Below are positions 54,397-64,000 of a DNA stretch of 64,000 bases, one piece after another; the stretch's first letter is position 1, and every line of letters starts with the position of its first letter. The position numbers and the translations under genes were made by a program. Origin of the DNA: Eledone cirrhosa (Eukaryota); assembly GCA_964016885.1 (NCBI GenBank), contig OZ024756.1:42284001-42348000 (forward strand), given 5' to 3'. The notes under the pieces were generated by a model that searched no databases, was not told where the DNA came from, and worked only from the letters and a program-made list of their open reading frames with translations.

Positions 54397-55890
54397 TGTG
54401 TGGCTCAGTGGTTAGAGTAATAAGTTCTCAACCCTGTGGCTCAGTAGTTAAAGTAATAAGTTCTCAACCATGTGGCTCAGTAGTTAAAGTAATAAGTTCT
54501 CAACCCTGTGGCTCAGTAGTTAGAGTAATAAGTTCTCAACCCTGTGGCTCAGTAGTTAGAGTAATAAGTTCTCAACCCGGTGGCTCAGTAGTTAAAGTAA
54601 TAAGTTCTCAACCCTGTGGTTCAGTAGATAGAGTAATAAGTTCTCAACCCTGTGGCTCAGTAGTTAGAGTAATAAGTTCTCAATGCTGTGGCTCAGTAGT
54701 TAAAGTAATAAGTTCTCAACCCTGTGGTTCAGTAGTTAAAGTAATAAGTTCTCAACCCTGTGGCTCAGTAGTTAGAGTAATAAGTTCTCAACCCTGTGGC
54801 TCAGTAGTTAAAGTAATAAGTTGTCAACCCTGTGGTTCAGTAGATAGAGTAATAAGTTCTCAACCCTGTGGCTCAGTAGTTAGAGTAATAAGTTCTCAAT
54901 GCTGTGGCTCAGTGGTTAGAGTAATAAGTTCTCAACCAGTGGCTCAGTAGTTAGAGTAATAAGTTCTCAATGCTGTGGCTCAGTGGTTAGAGTAATAAGT
55001 TCTCAACCCTGTGGCTCAGGAGTTAGAGTAATAAGTTCTCAATGCTGTGGCTCAGTAGTTAGAGTAATAAGTTCTCAATGCTGTGGCTCAGTAGTTAGAG
55101 TAATAAGTTCTCAATGCTGTGGCTCAGTAGTTGAAGTAATAAGTTCTCAACCCTGTGGCTCAGTAGTTAGAGTAATAAGTTCTCAATGCTGTGGCTCAGT
55201 AGTTAGAGTAATAAGTTCTCAATGCTGTGGCTCAGTAGTTAGAGTAATAAGTTCTCAACCCTGTGGCTCAGTAGTTAGAGTAATAAGTTCTCAATGCTGT
55301 GGCTCAGTAGTTGAAGTAATAAGTTCTCAACCCTGTGGCTCAGTAGTTAGAGTAATAAGTTCTCAATGCTGTGGCTCAGTAGTTAGAGTAATAAGTTCTC
55401 AACCCTGTGGCTCAGTAGTTAGAGTAATAAGTTCTCAATGCTGTGGCTCAGTGGTTAGAGTAATAAGTTCTCAACCCTGTGGCTCAGGAGTTAGAGTAAT
55501 AAGTTCTCAACCCTGTGGCTCAGTAGTTAGAGTAATAAGTTCTCAACCCTGTGGCTCAGTAGTTAGAGTAATAAGTTCTCAACCCTGTGGCTCAGTAGTT
55601 AGAGTAATAAGTTCTCAACCCTGTGGCTCAGTAGTTAGAGTAATAAGTTCTCAATGCTGTGGCTCAGTAGTTAAAGTAATAAGTTCTCAACCCTGTGGTT
55701 CAGTAGTTAGAGTAATAAGTTCTCAATGATGTGGCTCAGTAGTTAAAGTAATAAGTTCTCAACCCTGTGGCTCAGTAGTTAGAGTAATAAGTTCTCAATG
55801 CTGTGGCTCAGTAGTTAGAGTAATAAGTTCTCAATTATGTGGCTCAGTAGTTAGAGTAATAAGTTCTCAATGCTGTGGCTCAGTAGTTAG
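54397..55890 (+). repeat. 33-bp minisatellite made of a SINE A-box head, about 45 units
   Basis: Unit TGTGGCTCAGTAGTTAGAGTAATAAGTTCTCAA plus CCC or TGC variants; runs into a SINE B box at ~55919. Confidence 0.93.
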
Positions 55891-56001
55891 AACATTGGAT
55901 TCATAATGGTGAGGTTGTGAGTTCAATTCATTTACCGAGCAGTACATTGTGACCTTGAACAAGACACTTTATTTCATGTGTATATATATATACTGTACAT
56001 A

Positions 56002-56036
<35 letters not shown>

Positions 56037-56164
56037 AAAGTTCTATTTAAAATTGTTGGGATACAACAAATAAATATTTTATAACTGATATAAAGCACTC
56101 GACAAGTTTTTGGAGTAGATATACAATATTAAATAAATGGAAACTATATTTATAAAACCATATT

Positions 56165-56229
56165 TATTTCATTATACATATTTCAGGGATACCAAATTAA
56201 AATATGGTATGCCTTCATCAGACAAAATA
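56165..56229 (-). ncRNA. Mirror hammerhead motif in left arm of the same palindrome
   Basis: Reverse complement of the 56384 motif, cleavage triplet ending in A. Confidence 0.7.
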
Positions 56230-56383
56230 CAATATATAAACAGTTTTATAAATAATTTTGACGTACCCTATTAGATGCGACCATTATTTTTGGAAGCTGT
56301 CTGACTATCCAGACAGCTTCCAAAAATAATGGTCACATCTAATAGGGTACGTTAAAATTATTTATAAAACTGTTTATATATTG

Positions 56384-56448
56384 TATTTTGTCTGATGAAG
56401 GCATACCATATTTTAATTTGGTATCCCTGAAATATGTATTATGAAATA
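56384..56448 (+). ncRNA. Hammerhead motif in right arm of a 372-bp palindrome
   Basis: TATTTTGT-CTGATGA-AGG(C)ATACCA..TGGTAT(C)CCT-GAAA-TATGTA-TT-ATGAAATA; stem I pairs with G-U wobbles. Confidence 0.7.
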
Positions 56449-56489
56449 AATATGGTTTTATAAATATAGTTTCCATTTATTTAATATTG

Positions 56490-56526
<37 letters not shown>

Positions 56527-56958
56527 ATATATTTATATATATCATTTGTGCCAAGCTGTATTGGTCTTTATTTTTCCCTTGGACCCTTGTGTGTGTATGT
56601 GTGTATCTATATATATATATATTTATACACATACACACAAGGGTTGGCTGAAAAGTTCATAAGCTGATCAAGATATTCTCATGGAATGACCAAATGAAGT
56701 TTGGAAAGAAACAATGTAGTTATTAATTAATAAGAAAAGTTGAAATTAATGGCATGCAAGATTTCACAGCTCTAGCATCCCTCCTTCATAGTCAGCCTAT
56801 AAACGTTTCAGTTGACCCTCATATGTCACTACAGTGCCCTTAAGACTCTAGCAAGAGTTATGGGTCCTTACATACATACTTTTGTCAAATTCCTCATCAT
56901 TAACTACTGAAAAGGTTTTATTAAGGTATTTTTTTGTTGTTGTTTATTTTTGCTTCAG

Positions 56959-57146
56959 GTTTGGCCCAGTCCGGCACTTGGGGTTGTTTTGACGAATTTA
57001 ATCGGATTGAGTTACCAGTGTTGTCTGTGGCGGCACAACAAATTGCGATTGTCCTCACATGTAAAAAGGAACGGAAGGACCAATTTGTGTTCACAGACGG
57101 AGATGTTATACAAATGAATCCAGAGTTTGGCATTTTTCTCACAATG
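56959..57146 (+). CDS. DNAH5: Exon 28, AAA1 Walker B ([24 protein letters not shown])
   Basis: cttcag acceptor, atg|gtaaga donor. Confidence 0.96.
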
Positions 57147-57676
57147 GTAAGAACCATCTTTATCACCATCTTCATCATCATCATCATCGTCGTCATCGCC
57201 ATCATCATCGTTATTGTTATCATCATCATCATTATTGTTATCATCACCGTCATCATCATCACCATCATCATCACCATCATTATCATCATCATTATTGTCA
57301 TCATTATTGTCATCATTATTGTCATCATCATTGTCATCATCATCATCAGATACCAACCCAGGCCCTTCCACAATGTTTAAAATGCCCAAGACACACTGTA
57401 TGTCACTTTAGTCCCCATATATACTTCATCAGAGGTTATGGGCCCACACATATATATATATACACATGCATATGTATACATACATATATACATACACACA
57501 CATACATAGACACACACATGCACATACATACATACACTCACATACACACACACATACACATACATATATACTTACATATACATACACACATAGACACACA
57601 CACACACATACACACACATACACACACATATATATACAAACACACACATACATACACTTGAAACTTTCTTTTCCAG

Positions 57677-57871
57677 AATCCTGGCTACGCTGGACGACAA
57701 GAATTGCCTGAAAACTTAAAGATCAACTTTAGAACTGTTGCGATGATGGTTCCAGACCGTCAAATAATTATTCGTGTAAAGTTAGCTAGTGCTGGTTTCA
57801 TAAATAACATTAATTTAGCCTGTAAGTTCTTCACTTTATATAAGCTGTGTGAAGAACAACTTACTAAGCAG
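57677..57871 (+). CDS. DNAH5: Exon 29 ([15 protein letters not shown]...CEEQLTKQ)
   Basis: ttccag acceptor, cag|gtgaga donor. Confidence 0.96.
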
Positions 57872-58140
57872 GTGAGAGACTCAAATATTTCTTCCATTAA
57901 CTCTTTCATTACCATATTTTTAAGGAAAAAAACATTGTCTATGGTTTTTAAATCATTTTGAAAATAATCAAGAATTTGTTTCGAATGTCTCAGAAAAGAA
58001 TCATTGATATTTCGGGGCTAATACCCTCTTTTCAAATGTGAAAAACTGTTCAAAACAAAAATGAATTATCGATATGTTGGAATACACTGGATAAAAATAT
58101 CATTTTTTTCTTTTATTTATCGTCCTTTACCATTGATATA

Positions 58141-58447
58141 CAGGGTGAAATATAAAGTCTTTCCCTGATTATAAAATACCATACCTCAGATACTATTTGA
58201 GATTTTAATTTTTCATTGTTTTAATTTATAAATTTCAAGTTTAAAGTTTTTTCTGAACATGTTTTACATTTTCTCTTCTACAGGAAATAGTTGTAATCTT
58301 CTCTTCTACAGGAAATAGTTGTAATTTTCTCTTCTACAGGAAGTAGTTGTAATCTTCTCTTCTACAGGAAGTAGTTGTAATTTCCAGGAACAAAATGGCT
58401 TCTAGGAAACAAAAAACTCAGTGTGGAAAGACATTATACTCCCCCAG
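58141..58447. mobile_element. Possible Tc1/mariner MITE with internal ~29-bp repeats
   Basis: taCAGGGTGAAATATAAAGTCTTTCC..GGAAAGACATTATACTCCCCCAGta imperfect TIR. Confidence 0.5.
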
Positions 58448-58556
58448 TATTTCTACCCTATTGTACTGGCTTTCTAAAATACATATCAATCATTTATTAC
58501 ATATCTCACAATACTTCATATTAACTATATTACATTAAACTCATTTATTTATATAG

Positions 58557-58853
58557 GTTCATTATGATTTTGGATTACGGAACATCTTATCTGTGCTCCG
58601 TACACTTGGCGCCAAGAAGAGGGCCTCCCCTGACGAAACTGAACACACAATTGTGATGAGCGTACTGAGAGATATGAACCTTTCAAAACTGGTCGACCAA
58701 GATGAACCCTTGTTTTTATCTCTCATAAACGATCTTTTCCCTGGAATAATTCTTAGCAAGCAAAACTATACAATGCTGGAAAACGCCATTGCTAAACATG
58801 TCAATAAAAGCCGTCTTGTACAACATCCTTCATGGATTCTAAAAGTTATACAG
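58557..58853 (+). CDS. DNAH5: Exon 30 ([15 protein letters not shown]...LINDLFPG)
   Basis: atatag acceptor, cag|gtcagt donor. Confidence 0.96.
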
Positions 58854-59601
58854 GTCAGTTAAGAACAGTTTGTTCTTTTAGAAAAAGCTAGAAATATATA
58901 TTTGCTCTGAACTCTCACATTTTTCCATTGTCTTTCCATGTAACATGAGCTTGTGTGATGTATGTGTATATATATATATTGGGCAGGCAATTCAAGAATA
59001 CACGCCTTGTCCATTCCTTATTCATTTCTGTTTGGATTGCTGTGAGAACGTAACCTTATTGTATAAGAAGCTGTCTGATGATGTCACAGCACTGGGTACA
59101 TGGAATTGTGTGGCCACTGTCATCATTGAAATATTTATCACAGCATTACCAATAAAGGACTTTAACATCTGAAACTACTTCGCATTTTCTCATTTTATAT
59201 ATATATATATATATGGAGGCACATGGCTTAGTGGTTAGAGCATTGGCCTTGCAATCGAAAAGTTGTGAGTTCAATTCTCAGATCAGGTGATGTGTTGCTT
59301 CCTTGAGCAAGACACTTTATTTCACATTGTTCCAGTTTACTCAGCTGTAGAAATGAGATGATAGGACTGGGGTCCCTATCATTCCACTGCAAAGTGGTCA
59401 TGGAGGTGCCATAGCAAAAAAGCACCCAGCCCACACTGTAAAGTGGTCATGTAGGCGCCACGGAAAAAAAAAAGCACCCAGCACTCACTGTAAATGAGGT
59501 TGGTGTTAGGAAGGACATCCAGCTGTAGAAATCAAGCCAGAATCAATTACCGTCCCACCCTTGCAAGCAGGGAAAAAGCGGATGTAAAATGATGATGATG
59601 A

Positions 59602-59656
<55 letters not shown>

Positions 59657-60655
59657 TGGTTCTATATGAGCAAGACATGGTCACCCGACCCAACTTGCCT
59701 CAAGTGGGACTACCTGTCTGACCTATGCTAGTGTAGAAGATAGACATTAAATGATGATATATATATATATATACACATATATTCAGACATATTCAATAAA
59801 GATAACAAACCCAGTGTAAACACTAACAGGAAATTTTCATATCTTAAAGATAAAGACAGAGTCAAGGAGCTCCTTATAAAGCTTATTAAAGACTTATATA
59901 TACAATGTGTATATATGTATATGTATATATATGTGTGTATGTGTATATATGTATGTGTATATGTATATATGTGTGTATGTGTATATATATATAATTATAT
60001 ATGTATTGTGTGTGTATATGTGTGTGTGAAGACACGTGCCTTAGTGGTTAGAGCTTTGAGCTCATAATCATAAGGTTATATGTTTGAATCCTGGACTGGG
60101 TGGTGCGTTGTGATCTTCTTATTTCACGTTGATCCAGTTCATTCAGCTGTAGAAATGAGTTGTGATGTCACTGGTCCAAGTTGTGACGTCACTAGTGTCA
60201 AGCTGTATTGGCATTTGTTTTTTCCTTGGACAACACCTGTGCCTGGCTTATTCATAGGAGGGGAACTTTCTAGGTGCAAAACCATGGTGATTAGTGACTG
60301 AAGGAGGCCAATGACCAACCGATATATATATATATCATCATCATTTTACGTCCGCTTATCCCTGCTTGCAAGGGTTGGACAGGTCCTATTCAGTACAGCA
60401 TCTCTCCACTTGTCACGGTCCTTCATCATCTCCCCTGTGAGCTTCAGTGATCTGAGGTCTGCTCTCACCATCTCCGCCCATGTTTTTTGTGGTCTTCCTC
60501 TACTATATATAAATATATCAGTTGGTCATTGGCCTCTTCAGTATGTATGCGTGTGTGTATGTGTATTTTAAAATCATACTTATACTTACTTTCGTGCAAC
60601 ATTGCGTGTACAGTGCCAAGTTGTTATTTTATGTTTTGTTTTTCCTGTGGAACAG

Positions 60656-60902
60656 TTGTATGAGACACAACTAGTACGTCATGGTATGATGACTCTGGGA
60701 CCAAGTGGCTCAGGGAAGACATGCTGTATACATACACTCATGAAAGCAATGACCGAATGTGGTCAGGTACATAAAGAGATGAGGATGAATCCAAAAGCCA
60801 TTACTTCTGCACAGATGTTTGGCAAACTTGATGTAGCAACTAACGACTGGACAGATGGGATATTCTCAACTCTATGGAGAAGAACTCTCAAAGCAAAGAA
60901 AG
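60656..60902 (+). CDS. DNAH5: Exon 31, AAA2 P-loop ([10 protein letters not shown]...GPSGSGKT...DWTDGIFS)
   Basis: gaacag acceptor, g|gtacca donor. Confidence 0.96.
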
Positions 60903-61393
60903 GTACCATATTTACTTTCTCTTGCATCGAAAACACTGATTTTTATTTTAGCAAATATATGTCTTGAAATTTTACCATGCATTGTAAAGAATGACGGTTA
61001 CAAACTGTCACAGTGAGTTGTACCTTTTGGCCCCATAAGCTGTACCTTGTCATTTGATAACTTCTATCAAGGTCAGCCCCTCATAAACTGTACCTTGTTA
61101 TTTAAATAACTTCTATCAAGGTCCGGCCCTCATATAATGTACCTTGTCAGTTAAATAACTTCTATCAAGGTCCGGCCCTCATATAATGTACCTTGTCAGT
61201 TAAATAACTTCTATCAAGGTCCGGCCCTCATATAATGTACCTTGTCATTTAGATATCTCATACCAAGCCCAGCAGTACCTTTCATCCTCTTCGGCAGTCA
61301 GTAACCTAAAGTACCAGTCATGTACTGGGATCAAAATAATCGATTTTTACTTCACTTAAATTATTTGATGTATTGTTGTTTGTTTATTAACAG

Positions 61394-61635
61394 GAGAACA
61401 CATTTGGATTGTGTTGGATGGTCCCGTCGATGCTATTTGGATTGAGAACCTTAACTCCGTACTGGACGATAACAGGACATTAACACTGGCTAATGGAGAT
61501 CGTATCGCTATGGCACCAAATACAAAGATCATATTTGAACCACATAATATTGATAATGCTTCTCCGGCCACCGTGTCTCGCAATGGAATGGTTTATATGA
61601 GCAGTTCAGGACTGAATTGGAAGCCTATTCTTCAG
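61394..61635 (+). CDS. DNAH5: Exon 32 ([25 protein letters not shown]...[11 protein letters not shown])
   Basis: taacag acceptor, cag|gtatgt donor. Confidence 0.96.
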
Positions 61636-61894
61636 GTATGTTCTCAAATTTCTGGTATTTATAACCCCCCCCCACTCACATGCATCATCATCATCATCAT
61701 CCCCCCCCCCCAAAAAAAAAGACGTGTTTGACAAATGAAAAACCCTGCAGACATCTAGCATTTCAGGTTATCCAAGACCCACCTCTCCTTTCATTTTCTA
61801 CATTATATACTGTACACAATGCTTCAACAAATTACAACATTCTAATATATCTAATGCTTAAACAAAACTATATATCTTTTCCTCACATATCCAG

Positions 61895-62035
61895 GGCTGG
61901 CTGAATCACCGATCTTTGCAAGAAGCAACAGTAATTAAAAATTTGTTTGAAGACAGTTTTCAAACAGTTCTTAATTTTTCTATCCAGAATTTTGTTTTCA
62001 AAATGGACATCTTGGAAGTTTTTCTCATATCTCAG
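61895..62035 (+). CDS. DNAH5: Exon 33 (GWLNHRSLQEA...FLISQ); gene continues beyond window
   Basis: atccag acceptor, cag|gtattt donor. Confidence 0.88.
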
Positions 62036-62129
62036 GTATTTTTTTCAATTATTTTTATTTGGTTTTCATTTCTCTCTCTCTTTTCTTTTTTTTATGAAAT
62101 ATATTTATTGGAGGTGGGACATGAATGAT

Positions 62130-62308
62130 GAAATATATTGACTTTATTGGGGTGAAGGATTAATGGTGTAATATATTGACTTTATTGGGGTGAAGGATCA
62201 ATGGTGTAATATATTGACTTTATTGGGGTGAAGGATCAATGATGTAATATATTGACTTTATTGGGGTGAAGGATTAATGATGTAATATATTGACTTTACT
62301 GGGGTGAA
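62130..62308. repeat. ~39-bp tandem repeat; other short arrays at 17420-17537, 53820-53940 and 61040-61250
   Basis: AATATATTGACTTTATTGGGGTGAAGGAT.AATG.TGT repeated. Confidence 0.85.
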
Positions 62309-63044
62309 AATTTCCCTTAACATATTGAGATAATAACCTTTAAAGAGCAATTAGTAATTTCTTATCTATGAATTTATCTACCTATGTACTATCTTGAAAG
62401 ATATGAATATTTGGCAGTTCCTTCTACTTAACTCCACATTATTAATAATTTCTTATCTATGAATTTATCTACCTATGTACTGTCTCGATAGATATATATA
62501 TATTTAGCAGTTTCCGATTTATATCTACTTAACCCCACAATTTTTGGTAATTTTTTCTTTATATATTTATCGATCAATAAATTACTGCAACAGCCAATAT
62601 ATTTAATTTGTGTTATCATACTTATCAGTTCCAAAATTCCCCGCTAGTGATCTTGATCATAACACTCTTGTCAACCAGTCTTCAATGTTAGTTAACTTCC
62701 GTCAGAGTATAATAAATAACTATCATCATCATCATTATCATCATTGTCATCATCATCATCATCATCATCATCATCGTCGTTGTCATTGTTGTAGTCGTCA
62801 TCACCATCATCTTCATCATGACCATCATTATCATCATCACAATCATTATCATCATCACCATCAACATCATCTTTATCCTCATATCATCAATGGGAACCCT
62901 GTATTTTGCTTGCTTACACCCCTGTACTCTACCCAATGCTCTGGAGATTACCAATTAATACACAGCAATTAAAATCATAGCATCAACACTAGGGAGGGTG
63001 TCAATAAATACATAGCAATTAAAATCCAAATGGAGATGATAATA

Positions 63045-63870
63045 ATTTAACATTTACATTACTCTATATATACTATTGTATCTTCACAGTAAAGGCTTTA
63101 CCTCACATAACATTTACATTACTCTATATATACTATTGTATCTTCACAGTAAAGGCTTTACCTCACATAACATTTACATTACTCTATATATACTATTGTA
63201 TTGTCACAGTAAAGGCTTTACCTCACATAATTATCTCACATAACATTTACATTACTCTATATATACTATTGTATTTTCACAGTAAAGGCTTTACCTTACA
63301 TAATATCTCACATAACATTTACATTACTCTATATATACTATTGTATTTTCACAGTAAAGGCTTTACCTTACATAATATCTCACATAACATTTACATTACT
63401 CTATATATACTATTGTATCTTCACAGTAAAGGCTTTACCTCACATAACATTTACATTACTCTATATATACTATTGTATTGTCACAGTAAAGGCTTTACCT
63501 TACATAATATCTCACATAACATTTACATTACTCTATATATACTATTGTATTTTCACAGTAAAGGCTTTACCTTACATAATATCTCACATAACATTTACAT
63601 TACTCTATATATACTATTGTATCTTCACAGTAAAGGCTTTACCTCACATAACATTTACATTACTCTATATATACTATTGTATTGTCACAGTAAAGGCTTT
63701 ACCTCACATAATTATCTCACATAACATTTACATTACTCTATATATACTATTGTATTGTCACAGTAAAGGCTTTACCTCACATAATACCTCACATAACATT
63801 TACATTACTCTATATATACTATTGTATTTTCACGGTAATGGCTTTACCTCACATAATTATCTCACATAGT
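63045..63870. repeat. Minisatellite from the left end of the piggyBac-type MITE, running into the MITE body
   Basis: ACATTTACATTACTCTATATATACTATTGTA..AAAGGCTTTACC.CACATA units match 47620-47695; 63870-64000 matches the rest. Confidence 0.88.
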
Positions 63871-64000
63871 ATCGAATCTATGAGATTTTGATATTATTTA
63901 TTTTGAGAACAATACCTTAACATAAGTATGAACAGCTGGTTATGGCCGGTTTGAACGGAAAGAAGTGAGAGAATTCTGCCTGGATATGGCTGGTTTAAAC

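Noticed and set aside
54396-55729. Cys-rich repeat protein (CGSVVRVISSQP)n
   Set aside because: The unit keeps a frame open by chance; it derives from a SINE head and lies in an intron without splice support.

Overview
AT-rich, microsatellite-dense animal genomic DNA; the repeat landscape suggests an octopus-like cephalopod (inference). The whole window lies inside one + strand gene, an axonemal outer-arm dynein gamma heavy chain (DNAH5/DNAH8 type). I traced 33 GT-AG exons (96..62035) whose phases join into one open frame of about 2356 codons, covering tail, linker, AAA1 and AAA2. The gene starts before and ends after the window. Introns hold 5'-truncated RTE-type LINEs with a PHD-like finger inside the RT, two tRNA-derived SINE families, piggyBac-, hAT- and mariner-type MITEs, mariner and CR1 relics, and many minisatellites. 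The main unexplained signal is a set of short non-coding elements next to (TA)n tracts. They carry minimal type I hammerhead ribozyme motifs (at least six well-formed ones, some with a U3-A8 core) and often form fold-back palindromes, several centred on ribozyme helices. This fits a Penelope-like or retrozyme-type mobile system. All calls were made by eye; no searches or folding programs were run.
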